Below are positions 19,747 through 29,197 of a stretch of 64,000 nt of DNA, piece after piece. The stretch is from Candidatus Omnitrophota bacterium (GTDB lineage: Bacteria > Omnitrophota > Gorgyraeia > JAHIPI01), in assembly GCA_016783745.1 (NCBI GenBank), contig JADHVZ010000003.1, forward strand, positions 7,112-71,111, given 5' to 3'. A program made the position numbers and the translations under genes. How positions within the stretch are numbered: position 1 is the first letter of the stretch; each line of letters opens with the position of its first letter. The notes below the pieces were generated by a model, which saw only the letters and a program-made list of their open reading frames with translations, did not search any database and was not told the origin of the DNA.

Positions 19747-21753
19747 ATGATTCAAGATACTATCGTGGATCTTAAGGAAAAGACCCTGGGGGCATTGGGG
19801 GATGGAGGTGTCATCTCTCAGAACCTTTCAAGTTATGAGTTCCGGCCCCAGCAGCTTGATATGGCAAGGGGCATCTGCGATGCCATTGAATCAAATAAGC
19901 ATTTGATAGTCGAGGCGGGTACAGGGATAGGCAAAAGCCTGTCATATCTAATACCTTGTATATATCACGCGGTAGATAAAGACCAGAAGATCGTTATCTC
20001 TACTTATACAAAAACACTTCAGAATCAGTTGTTCCTTAAGGATATACCTTTTTTAAAAGAAGCGCTAGGCCTGGATTTTGGTTACGCCCTATGCCTGGGC
20101 TCTGAAAATTATTTGTGCCCGCGCCGACTCAACAGGGATCATACGTATGACCTGTTCGATTCGGGCCCCCGCCTTGAGGAGCTAAGGCGCTTAGTCCGCT
20201 GGTCAACCGAATCCGAGAGCGGAATAAGGTCAGATCTGGATTTTATGCCCTCGGAAGGGCTGTGGGACGGCGTATGCAGGGATCCGGATCTATGCATGGG
20301 GAAGAAATGCTCATACAGAAAAGGGTGTTTTTATAAAAAGGCAAAGGAGAAGCAGAAAAGATCCCACATCTTAATAACAAATCATTCGCTTTTTTTTACA
20401 AATCTGGCTTCCGGCGGAAGGGTCCTGCCGGATTTTGACGCCGTGGTATTCGATGAAGCGCAGACACTGGAAGATGTGGCGACCGGGTATCTCGGGATCG
20501 AGATAAGTAACGCCAGAATAAAATATCTGCTTGATTCAATATATAATCCGAGAAAGAAAAAGGGGATACTTGTAAAACTTAGGACGACGGGCAGGCAGGA
20601 GGTCGATCATATTGAAGCGGACCTTGAGGATGCGAGAAAGGCATCCGATAGATTTTTCCTGGAAATAAGCGTTATATTCGGGCAGGAAAGTTCTTCCAAA
20701 AGGATAGTGACGAAAAATATAGTGTTCAACCACCTGGAGGAACCGCTGAAACGCCTGGCAAGCTCTTTATCAGAGGTACTGGATCATGTAAAAGAAGACG
20801 ATGACAGGGTGCTTGTCAAGGTATGTTGTAAACGCTGCCTTGCGCTTTCAAAAGCCGCCTCTTTTATATTAAAACAGACCCAGCGGGATTTTGTTTACTG
20901 GATAGACATATCCAGAAAGAGGAGAGGTACCAGATACGCCCTTTTTGCGGCTCCCATAGAGATAGCTGATGAGATGGAAAAACGCTTATTCAGTAAAATA
21001 AGCCCGATAATCATGACCTCAGCGACTCTATCTACGAACAGGAATTTCAATTTTATAAAGGAACGCCTCGGAATAAGAAATGCGAGCGAGGTAATGGTGG
21101 AATCGCCTTTTAACTACGAGGAAAACGTTTTATTATACATTCCTAAAGATATCGCTGATCCGAACGAGGCGTTCAGCGTGTTTCAGCGGGACGTAGCCGG
21201 ACACATAAGAAAGATAATCGATATTATGAAGGGCAGGATCTTCATATTGTTTACAAGCTACAGTATGCTTTATAATATATACGATGACCTGGTATTGAAT
21301 TATAAGAATATAAATTTCCTGCGGCAGGGGGATAAACCCCGGTACGCGCTACTTGAGGATTTTAAAAAAAATGAGAATTCGGTTCTATTAGGGACGTCCA
21401 CTTTCTGGCAAGGTGTGGATGTACCCGGTAAATCTCTGGAGTGTGTCATGATAACCAGGCTGCCGTTTTCCGTACCCGACGACCCCGTTACGGAAGCAAG
21501 GATGGAACTGATAGAGTCCAGAGGAGAAAACCCGTTTGTAAAATATCAGGTACCCCAGGCTACGATGATGTTTAAACAGGGATTCGGACGATTGATAAGG
21601 TCTAAGACGGACAGAGGCGTAGTGGCGATCCTGGATCCCAGGATAAGGACCAGGTACTACGGAAGGTCGTTTATCAATGCCCTGCCGAGATGCCGGCATA
21701 CTTTTGACATCGGCAAAGTAAGGGATTTTTTCAATTATTATCTAGACGAATAG
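19747..21753 (+). CDS. dinG: DinG/Rad3-family ATP-dependent DNA helicase (Fe-S type)
   Basis: Walker A AGTGIGKSLSYLIP, a cysteine cluster in the Fe-S insert, DEAQ box (FDEAQTL) and a helicase C_2 region. Confidence 0.75.
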   Translation: MIQDTIVDLKEKTLGALGDGGVISQNLSSYEFRPQQLDMARGICDAIESNKHLIVEAGTGIGKSLSYLIPCIYHAVDKDQKIVISTYTKTLQNQLFLKDIPFLKEALGLDFGYALCLGSENYLCPRRLNRDHTYDLFDSGPRLEELRRLVRWSTESESGIRSDLDFMPSEGLWDGVCRDPDLCMGKKCSYRKGCFYKKAKEKQKRSHILITNHSLFFTNLASGGRVLPDFDAVVFDEAQTLEDVATGYLGIEISNARIKYLLDSIYNPRKKKGILVKLRTTGRQEVDHIEADLEDARKASDRFFLEISVIFGQESSSKRIVTKNIVFNHLEEPLKRLASSLSEVLDHVKEDDDRVLVKVCCKRCLALSKAASFILKQTQRDFVYWIDISRKRRGTRYALFAAPIEIADEMEKRLFSKISPIIMTSATLSTNRNFNFIKERLGIRNASEVMVESPFNYEENVLLYIPKDIADPNEAFSVFQRDVAGHIRKIIDIMKGRIFILFTSYSMLYNIYDDLVLNYKNINFLRQGDKPRYALLEDFKKNENSVLLGTSTFWQGVDVPGKSLECVMITRLPFSVPDDPVTEARMELIESRGENPFVKYQVPQATMMFKQGFGRLIRSKTDRGVVAILDPRIRTRYYGRSFINALPRCRHTFDIGKVRDFFNYYLDE

Positions 21754-21767
21754 AGGAGGAGGGGAAG

Positions 21768-22310
21768 ATGGAGTTAAATTTAAAAAAATGGTATAGGATA
21801 CTTGCTCCGAGGCCGGTGGTCCTGGTTTCTACGGTAAGCAGCGAAGGTATCTCCAATGCTGCGCCATTCAGTTTTGTCACTCCCGTATCCTCGGATCCGC
21901 CTCTTATCGCGTTTGCTTCAAGCCCGAAACATGAGACAGCGAAGAATATTCTGGATACGGGAGATTTTGTAGTGAATTTGCCGTCGAAAGATATAGTGAG
22001 ACAATTATGGATCTGCGCAGACTCTATACCTGATAATGAAAGCGAGATCGATGCCGCAAAACTTACTGCGGAGAAGTCACTAAAAGTCAGGTCACCGGGC
22101 ATAAAAGAGTGTTTTGCCCGATATGAATGTGAGCTTGAGAGCCATCACGCGGCCGGAGATCATTTGCTTATCATCGGCCGCATCCTTCGCGTTGACGTTA
22201 AAGATGACCTGATGGAAGGTGAAAAATTCCTTGTAGAAAAGTCCGGTTTTCTGATGCACATAGAAGGGCCTGAATTTGGGTTGCTGGGTGAAGTCGTAAA
22301 AGTCAAATAA
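21768..22310 (+). CDS. Flavin reductase-like FMN-binding split-barrel protein
   Basis: LAPRPVVLVST...NAAPFSFVTPVSSDPPLIAF is typical of the flavin reductase-like domain. Confidence 0.65.
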   Translation: MELNLKKWYRILAPRPVVLVSTVSSEGISNAAPFSFVTPVSSDPPLIAFASSPKHETAKNILDTGDFVVNLPSKDIVRQLWICADSIPDNESEIDAAKLTAEKSLKVRSPGIKECFARYECELESHHAAGDHLLIIGRILRVDVKDDLMEGEKFLVEKSGFLMHIEGPEFGLLGEVVKVK

Positions 22311-22329
22311 GAAAGCTGCGTTTACGATC

Positions 22330-23847
22330 ATGAAACAAATATATATAAAATGGATCATTTTCGCCTGCCTGATGGCCTTGGTAGGATCGTTCTTCGCGCA
22401 GAAGATATATTTTGTGAATGCCGATATCGGCAGGCACATCAGGAACGGTGAATATTTCTTTAAACAGGGTCACCCGGCTGCCTCCAACTATTATTCCTAT
22501 ACCGAGCCGGATTTTCCCCTGGTAAACCATCACTGGGGTTCCGGAGTGATATATTACCTGACATGGAAGATCCTGGGCTTCGGCGGTATTACCGTCTTAA
22601 ACGCGGTTATCTACCTGCTGACATTCTTTCTCTTTTTTAAGGCCTCCGAACGGCTGTCCAGTTTTAACTTCGCGTTATTTTTCTCCGTACTTAGCCTTCC
22701 GCTTTTTACATCCCGTACGGAGATAAGGCCTGAGGCATTCAGCTTTTTGTTTATGGGATTATTTTTCTACACGCTTTTATTGTTCAGGGACGGCAGGATA
22801 TCTTTCGGCAGGCTTCTTATCCTGGTGCCGGCGCAGCTTTTATGGGCCAACCTGCACCTGTTTTTTATAATGGGCCCATTTCTGATAGGCGTCTTCTGGT
22901 TTGAGGGCGTGATCAACAATAAATACAGGAAGTCGCTTAAGCCGCTCATGATATTCGGGATATTGACAGTATTGGCCTGTTTTATTAATCCCTACGGCCT
23001 AAAGGGTTTTCTGGAACCTTTTATGATCATGCGGGAATACGGTTATATGCTTGCGGAGAATCAGTCTGTTATTTTTATGCATAAAAGATTCCCCGGAAAC
23101 CCTCTTTATTATCACTTCGAGGCGTTGTTTTTGCTTGCCGTGATAAGCTATATACCTATTTTTATGAAAAAGGGGCAGAGGGACGTTATCCCTTTTTTGT
23201 TTATGATGGTACTTTTCGGCGGCTTGAGCTGGGGAATGATAAGAAACATACCTTTTTTTGGTTTCTTCTTTATCCCGATAGTGTCCATGAATTTTTTCCT
23301 GGTCTTCAAGGATAAGCGTAATAAAGGCACGGCCGTAACTCTAATATCGGCATGTGTCTTGATAATATTTTATCTGACGGGCCTTCATCAATCTCCGTTC
23401 AAGAAGGTATCGGGCATAGGGCTTTATCCCAGCGTGAACAGATCCGCGCGTTTTTTTAAGACATTCGGCCTTTCCGGGCCGATTTTTAATAATTATGATA
23501 TAGGAGGTTATCTGATCTACCATCTATATCCCCGTCAGGAGGTATTTGTGGATAACAGGCCGGAGGCATACAGCGTGGGTTTCTTCAAGGATATATATGA
23601 GCCTATGCAGTCGGATGAGGACCGATGGTCAGCGGCCGATAAAGAATACGGCTTTAATTGCATCTACTTTTTCCGGCATGATATCACTCCGCATGCACAG
23701 CCTTTTTTGATAAAGAGGATAAAAGACCCTCTATGGGCGCCGGTATATGTGGATGCGTGGACGATAATTCTGCTTAAACGGAATAACCGGAACGCGGGAC
23801 TGATAAAAAGGTTTGAATTACCAAAATCAATATTTTCTGTTTCTTAA
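22330..23847 (+). CDS. Polytopic integral membrane protein (possibly GT-C-like glycosyltransferase); hypothetical
   Basis: More than 10 hydrophobic segments. No catalytic motif recognised. Confidence 0.35.
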   Translation: MKQIYIKWIIFACLMALVGSFFAQKIYFVNADIGRHIRNGEYFFKQGHPAASNYYSYTEPDFPLVNHHWGSGVIYYLTWKILGFGGITVLNAVIYLLTFFLFFKASERLSSFNFALFFSVLSLPLFTSRTEIRPEAFSFLFMGLFFYTLLLFRDGRISFGRLLILVPAQLLWANLHLFFIMGPFLIGVFWFEGVINNKYRKSLKPLMIFGILTVLACFINPYGLKGFLEPFMIMREYGYMLAENQSVIFMHKRFPGNPLYYHFEALFLLAVISYIPIFMKKGQRDVIPFLFMMVLFGGLSWGMIRNIPFFGFFFIPIVSMNFFLVFKDKRNKGTAVTLISACVLIIFYLTGLHQSPFKKVSGIGLYPSVNRSARFFKTFGLSGPIFNNYDIGGYLIYHLYPRQEVFVDNRPEAYSVGFFKDIYEPMQSDEDRWSAADKEYGFNCIYFFRHDITPHAQPFLIKRIKDPLWAPVYVDAWTIILLKRNNRNAGLIKRFELPKSIFSVS

Positions 23848-23882
23848 CATGATAACGCAACCTAAAAAAGGAAGGAGATCAT

Positions 23883-24248
23883 ATGATTGTTCTGGTTAAG
23901 TTGTTAGGGATAGTAATAGTCGTCATGGGAGTAGTCTATTTACTGAAGCCCGAAGTGCTGAAGCAATATATAGCGTTCTGGGCGAAAGACAAGAGACTTT
24001 TCGCAGGTGCCATAGTAAGCGCGATACTGGGTGCGATTCTGCTGTTTGCCGCGTCGCAGTGCAGGATACAATGGATCGTTACCGTTATCGGCTTATGGGC
24101 TATTTTGAAGGGTATACTTATCCTGTTGCTCGGAAAAGAGAAGATGGTATCAATGATAAAGGCCTGGCAGAAAAAACCGGCAAAGACAATTCGCGCCATG
24201 TCATTCGTAGCCATTATCATGGGAGCGCTGCTGATCTTCGCGGCATAA
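23883..24248 (+). CDS. Small membrane protein, hypothetical
   Basis: Four hydrophobic helices, 121 aa. Confidence 0.35.
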   Translation: MIVLVKLLGIVIVVMGVVYLLKPEVLKQYIAFWAKDKRLFAGAIVSAILGAILLFAASQCRIQWIVTVIGLWAILKGILILLLGKEKMVSMIKAWQKKPAKTIRAMSFVAIIMGALLIFAA

Positions 24249-24335
24249 CATACTTTTCGCAGGATGCATGCAATTTTTTGCTTGGCATTCTGCCGTACCA
24301 GGATATAATCTAAATTATAAAATAGGAGGTGTGTT

Positions 24336-24755
24336 ATGCGTATTATAAGGGACTTTAGTATCGCGATCTTCGCGCTTATTGTTTCAATTGCGTTAGTAAG
24401 TGACGGAAATTGCGAATCGTGGAAAAGTAAGAAGAAAGTAAAAAAAGTAAAACAGGAAGTCATAAAGCAGAAAAAGATTGAAAAAAAGATTGCAGGAAAG
24501 AAGTATATTCAGTCCCACGATGTCAATAATGACGGGAAGGTTGATTTGAAAGACCGCCTTATACATCTGAGAAGGAATAAGGGAAGTTACGCCGAGGTCC
24601 CGGTCTCTGCAGAAAACGAGGGCCTGTATGGAGTGATGGACGCAAACAGCGACTCCAATGTAGGGCCTGCAGAGATGGAACGGTTCTACGATAGATATGA
24701 TACCAATAATGACGGCCTTCTCGAGGATGAGGAGATAGGCGCCGCTGTGCAATAA
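24336..24755 (+). CDS. Secreted EF-hand calcium-binding protein
   Basis: Signal peptide and two canonical EF loops (DVNNDGKVDLKD; DTNNDGLLEDEE). Confidence 0.55.
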   Translation: MRIIRDFSIAIFALIVSIALVSDGNCESWKSKKKVKKVKQEVIKQKKIEKKIAGKKYIQSHDVNNDGKVDLKDRLIHLRRNKGSYAEVPVSAENEGLYGVMDANSDSNVGPAEMERFYDRYDTNNDGLLEDEEIGAAVQ

Positions 24756-24785
24756 CAGAAGGGGAAGAGTAGAAGACTTAATCGG

Positions 24786-26024
24786 ATGAATGCCTATCTA
24801 TACATCATATTATTTGTCTTAGTCGGCGAATATATCCTTGATTTTATCGTCGGTAAGTTGAATGTAAAGCATGCCTTGCCCGTGCTCCCCGGTGAGTTCA
24901 GAGGTTTTTTTGATTCCCAGAAATATGAGAAGGCGCAGGGTTACTTAAAAGACACTACAGGTTTCAACCTTGTAAAGGGCGCGCTCTTCACCTTTATCAC
25001 CGTTAGCTTTATTCTTGCCGGAGGCTTTGATCTTGTCGACAGGATAGCTCGGGGTTTGAATGCGAACTTTATACTTACCGGCCTTCTTTTCGGCGGCATG
25101 ATAATGTTCGCCTCTCAGATCATAGAAGTACCTTTTTCTATATACCGGACTTTTGTTCTTGAGGAGAAATTCGGATTTAATAAGACAAACGCCCGCACGT
25201 TCACTCTGGATATTATTAAGGGATGGGCCCTGGGGGCATTGATAGGCGGAGTTATTTTTTCCGGCGTAATATGGTTTTTTGATAAAGCGGGTGGCGCCGC
25301 ATGGTTATATTGCTGGTTCGCAGTAACGCTCTTTCAACTTTTTTTGATATTTATAGCGCCTGTGGCGATAATGCCGCTTTTTAATAAATTTATACCGCTT
25401 GAAGACGGTGAATTAAACGACACCATAAAAAAATATGCCGGCTCACAGAATTTTAAGATGAAAGGCATCTTTAAAATGGATGCCTCAAGGCGATCGACCA
25501 AGTCAAACGCTTTTTTTACCGGATTTGGCAGATACCGCCGGATAGTCCTATACGATACATTGATCAAAAAACATACCGTCGATGAACTTGTAAGCATCCT
25601 TGCGCATGAGATCGGACATTATAGAAAGAAGCATGTTATTAAGAATATAATCCTGTCCACGGTGAGTTCCGGCCTGATGTTCTTCATACTCTCCTTTTTC
25701 ATAAATAATCGGCCCTTATTTGACGCGTTCAGGATGGAGAGTGTTTCTATATACGCGAGCCTGGTTTTTTTTGGTTTTCTTTTTATCCCTATTAATTTCC
25801 TGCTGTCGGTCTTCGCGAATTTCCTTTCCAGAAAGTATGAGTATGAGGCTGACGCCTTTGCCGTTTCCACTTACGGGAAGCCGGAGGCGATGATAAACGG
25901 TTTAAAAAAACTTAGCGTCGATAATTTAGCGAATCTTACACCGCACCCTTTACATATTTTTTTAAATTACAGCCATCCGCCGGTCTTACAGCGCATTATG
26001 GCTATTAGGGAAAAACAAATATGA
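24786..26024 (+). CDS. M48 family zinc metallopeptidase (Ste24/HtpX-like)
   Basis: Multiple transmembrane segments and the HExxH motif LAHEIGHYRKKH. Confidence 0.7.
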   Translation: MNAYLYIILFVLVGEYILDFIVGKLNVKHALPVLPGEFRGFFDSQKYEKAQGYLKDTTGFNLVKGALFTFITVSFILAGGFDLVDRIARGLNANFILTGLLFGGMIMFASQIIEVPFSIYRTFVLEEKFGFNKTNARTFTLDIIKGWALGALIGGVIFSGVIWFFDKAGGAAWLYCWFAVTLFQLFLIFIAPVAIMPLFNKFIPLEDGELNDTIKKYAGSQNFKMKGIFKMDASRRSTKSNAFFTGFGRYRRIVLYDTLIKKHTVDELVSILAHEIGHYRKKHVIKNIILSTVSSGLMFFILSFFINNRPLFDAFRMESVSIYASLVFFGFLFIPINFLLSVFANFLSRKYEYEADAFAVSTYGKPEAMINGLKKLSVDNLANLTPHPLHIFLNYSHPPVLQRIMAIREKQI

Positions 26025-27127
26025 CTAAATGTATAAATTGCGCAAAAGAATCACGGCTTATTTCCCAGACATTGGGCGTCTGCCTGGACTGCATCCGGAA
26101 AGACTACGGGAAGGCCTCTGAACATATTCAAAAGACGCATAGTGCGATAAGAAAGACTTTCGGCCTGCCGGACAAACCGCCTAAAGGCTGGAGCGGGGCA
26201 AGTTGTGAAATATGCGTAAATAAATGCAATATCCCCCCGGGCGGAAAAGGCTACTGCGGCATTAGAGAGAATGAAAGAGGCAAGATATCAGGCCCTACAG
26301 AGGACATGGCCTATATCACCTATTACCATGATCAGCTTCCCACTAATTGCGTGGCGGGATGGGCGTGTCCGGGGGGTACCGGTTCAGGCTATCCCGAATT
26401 TTGTCATAAGAAAAGCGCGGAAATAGGGTATAAAAACCTGGCCGTATTTTATTTGGGGTGTTCCCTTAACTGCCTTTTCTGCCAGAACTTTCATTTCAGG
26501 GAGGAACTGCAAAACCCTCCTGCCGTAAGCTCTGATACATTGCTTAAAGCTGTCGATGAACTTACCTCGTGTATATGTTATTTCGGAGGAGACCCGTCGC
26601 CGCAATTGCCTCATTCTATAGCATTTTCCCGACGGGCGCTCGATTTAAAAAAGGGCGATATCTTACGGATCTGCTGGGAAACGAACGGGACAATGGATCC
26701 CAAGCTGTTAAGTGAAGTCATGGATATAGCCCTTACCTCCGGAGGATGCGTTAAATTTGACCTTAAGGCCTATAGTAAAGATCTCAATATAGCACTTTGC
26801 GGTATTACTAATAAAAGGACTCTGGATAATTTTAGCCTGGCATCCAAGTACGTCATGAAGAGAAAGGTGCCACCGGTCCTTACTGCCAGTACTCTGCTTG
26901 TGCCAGGTTATATCGATAGAGAGGAAGTTTATAATATATCGAGATTTATAGCCGGCCATGATCCGGATATACCTTATTCACTGCTGGGATTTGGGCCTGA
27001 CTTCTTTATGCGAGACCTGCCATTCACCTCAAAGAGGCACGCGGACGAATGCGCTGCCGCCGCGCGTGAAGCCGGACTGACCAATGTCAACATTGGTAAT
27101 TATAATCTGTTAGGCATAGAATATTAG
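26021..27127 (+). CDS. Radical SAM enzyme of the pyruvate formate-lyase activase type (AmmeMemoRadiSam-like) with an N-terminal Cys4 ribbon
   Basis: CINCAK...CLDCIR zinc ribbon, and the GCSLNCLFCQN Cx3Cx2C motif characteristic of the PFL-AE family. Confidence 0.6.
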   Translation: MTKCINCAKESRLISQTLGVCLDCIRKDYGKASEHIQKTHSAIRKTFGLPDKPPKGWSGASCEICVNKCNIPPGGKGYCGIRENERGKISGPTEDMAYITYYHDQLPTNCVAGWACPGGTGSGYPEFCHKKSAEIGYKNLAVFYLGCSLNCLFCQNFHFREELQNPPAVSSDTLLKAVDELTSCICYFGGDPSPQLPHSIAFSRRALDLKKGDILRICWETNGTMDPKLLSEVMDIALTSGGCVKFDLKAYSKDLNIALCGITNKRTLDNFSLASKYVMKRKVPPVLTASTLLVPGYIDREEVYNISRFIAGHDPDIPYSLLGFGPDFFMRDLPFTSKRHADECAAAAREAGLTNVNIGNYNLLGIEY

Positions 27128-27138
27128 TGAGATAAGAA

Positions 27139-27570
27139 GTGAAAATAGTTATTCAGCGCGTAAAGAGAGCAAAGATCAGTGTTGATAGCCGCCTGGTCAG
27201 TGAGATCAAACGCGGATTGCTTGTTCTTGTGGGTATAGGCAGGGATGATCAAGCCGGGCAGCTTGATAAGATGGCAAGGAAAGTAGTAAACCTGCGCATA
27301 TTCGAGGATGCGCAAGGCAAGATGAACCTGAATGTAAAACAGGCCGGGGGTGAGATCTTAAGCGTTCCTCAGTTCACTCTTTACGCGGACACAAGCAGAG
27401 GGAACAGGCCGGGTTTTGAATTATCCGCTGATCCGGGTATCGCTGAAGAATCCTGGATGCGTTTCAACGCGCTATTGAAAGAGAACGGCGTGGAAGTGAA
27501 ATATGGTGTATTCGGCGCTCATATGGAAGTAGAGCTTATAAATGACGGCCCTGTAACCATCATTATATGA
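27139..27570 (+). CDS. dtd: D-aminoacyl-tRNA deacylase
   Basis: Full-length similarity to Dtd (LLVLVGIG...SVPQFTLYAD...GPVTIII). GTG start. Confidence 0.8.
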   Translation: MKIVIQRVKRAKISVDSRLVSEIKRGLLVLVGIGRDDQAGQLDKMARKVVNLRIFEDAQGKMNLNVKQAGGEILSVPQFTLYADTSRGNRPGFELSADPGIAEESWMRFNALLKENGVEVKYGVFGAHMEVELINDGPVTIII

Positions 27571-27670
27571 GTATTTAGCTTAATATAACAATATAATAAC
27601 ATATATGGCTTGACAAATGAGGTTTTGCTGTTAAAATATCTGTACCTAACTTTATATCAAAAAGGCTGTT

Positions 27671-28207
27671 ATGGACGTTCAAGAAAAATGGGAAAAGGCG
27701 CTGGAGAAGACCGAGATCATAAGGCCTCGCATTCAGGAGCTTTACACGTTTTCTCACACTGATATTCCTTACATATTTCTTTCGGAATCATCTATAAATA
27801 TAGGGGATACTGTAGTGCGAAAAGGAACTGTGACTGTTGATAAACCGTCCCTGATACTTCCGCCGGGCATGCCTAAGTTCGAAGGATTTGACTTTGAGAA
27901 AGAAAGGGAGGTTACTGACGACATCGTAGCGAATTTTCTTCTTGTCAGAGGCCTGAAATTTCCTTCTTTGAATTATAGCAACAAAACTTATTCACTCGAT
28001 CTTTTTGAAGGCCGCCTTTCGAAAGCCATCGAACAGTTTCGCGATAAGATGCAGCGTGAGGAGGATGTGCTGACAGGCTTGATAGTCGGGCCCGAGGACT
28101 GCTGGCAGTTCTCCATCCTTGTTTTCATATGTACGCAGGTCATGAGATCCGCAGACGGCGATATAAGAAGGTTGATGGAGCAGTTCAGGAAAAAAAGCGA
28201 GAGCTGA
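27671..28207 (+). CDS. Hypothetical protein
   Basis: ORF with an upstream promoter-like TTGACA-17-TAAAAT (27613-27641). No motifs recognised. Confidence 0.35.
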   Translation: MDVQEKWEKALEKTEIIRPRIQELYTFSHTDIPYIFLSESSINIGDTVVRKGTVTVDKPSLILPPGMPKFEGFDFEKEREVTDDIVANFLLVRGLKFPSLNYSNKTYSLDLFEGRLSKAIEQFRDKMQREEDVLTGLIVGPEDCWQFSILVFICTQVMRSADGDIRRLMEQFRKKSES

Positions 28208-28230
28208 TCATTTTCCGGCGGACCCCCACT

Positions 28231-28803
28231 ATGATCAAAGAACTTGTTAAAAAAAATAGAAGCTATCGCCGCTTTTATCAAAATGAACAGGTCGATAGGG
28301 AGACTCTTAAAGAACTGGTCGAGCTGGCAGGGCTTTCTCCTTCTGCATCTAATCTTCAGCCGTTAAAATATATACTTTCATGCGATGCGGAAAAGAATTC
28401 CGTTATATTTCCTTTTCTTGCCTGGGCCGGATATTTAAAAGATTGGCCCGGTCCGGAAGAAGGGGAGAGGCCGTCAGCTTATATTGTGATCCTGGGCGAT
28501 ACGGATATAAGAAATCCCTTTGAGTGCGATCACGGGATAGCGGCGCAGAGCATGCTTCTTGGCGCGGTTGAAAAAGGCCTTGGTGGCTGCATGCTGGGAT
28601 CGATAAACCGTGACGGATTGAGGGATGCCCTGAAGATAACGGAACGTTTTGAGATACTTCTTGTTCTGGCTATCGGCAGGCCGAAAGAAGTGGTTGTGCT
28701 TGACGCGGTGGATCAGTCGGGAGGCATCAAGTACTGGCGTGACGCCGAGGGTAAGCATCATGTACCAAAACGTAAGCTCGAAGACATTATTGTAGATTTT
28801 TAG
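28231..28803 (+). CDS. Nitroreductase family protein
   Basis: RSYRRF...LAGLSPSASNLQP is the nitroreductase-fold N-terminal signature. The start is placed at the ATG at 28231. Confidence 0.7.
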   Translation: MIKELVKKNRSYRRFYQNEQVDRETLKELVELAGLSPSASNLQPLKYILSCDAEKNSVIFPFLAWAGYLKDWPGPEEGERPSAYIVILGDTDIRNPFECDHGIAAQSMLLGAVEKGLGGCMLGSINRDGLRDALKITERFEILLVLAIGRPKEVVVLDAVDQSGGIKYWRDAEGKHHVPKRKLEDIIVDF

Positions 28804-28812
28804 ACGCGCCTG

Positions 28813-28918
28813 CGACCGAGGACGACTGCCCGCCTCTGGCGGGCGAGTCCGAGGAAGTGCCGCGTCTAACGAGACGCGGCTCCCCCACTACGGGGGACCT
28901 GCGTGCGAAGAGTCTCAA
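28813..28918. repeat. GC-rich ~106-bp element of three tandem stem-loops, flanked by an 11-bp direct repeat (agacgcgcctg) that duplicates the 5' end of tRNA-Arg
   Basis: Hairpins at 28821-28848, 28859-28880 and 28883-28897. Local GC is far above the window average. The direct repeats are at 28802-28812 and 28919-28929. Confidence 0.35.
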
Positions 28919-28922
28919 AGAC

Positions 28923-28999
28923 GCGCCTGTAGCTCAGATGGATAGAGCGACTGGCTTCGAACCAGTAGGCCGCAGGTTCGACCCCTGCCAGGCGCGCCA
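28923..28999 (+). tRNA. tRNA-Arg (anticodon TCG)
   Basis: Cloverleaf: acceptor GCGCCTG/CAGGCGC, anticodon loop CTTCGAA, T-loop TTCGACC, CCA encoded. Confidence 0.8.
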
Positions 29000-29093
29000 C
29001 TATATCGTTCGGGCTTCGGGGCAAAAAGTTGGACATTTCACATATGTTACATGTGTTCTCGAATCGTTTGTTATTTCTCGAGAGGCGCTTATA

Positions 29094-29197
29094 ATTCGTT
29101 TATCGTATATCGTTGATCGTTTATCGTTTTTGTTGATGAGCATCACAGGATTTGTACGATTGACGATAAACGATAGACGATTAACGATATGCGAACA
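29094..29197. repeat. Heptad-periodic long imperfect hairpin: five TATCGTT-type units, a 20-nt spacer, then five to six ACGATNN (reverse-complement) units
   Basis: Lies in the tRNA-Arg to tRNA-Leu spacer. The units have a 7-nt period on both arms. A further GCGGGC/GCCCGC hairpin sits at 29270-29290. Confidence 0.4.

Noticed and set aside
28802-28999. Integrative element inserted at tRNA-Arg (att duplication)
   Set aside because: The duplication is of the tRNA 5' end rather than the usual 3' end. The insert is only ~106 bp and no integrase is nearby. It is kept as a MITE-like or leader observation, not a genomic island.
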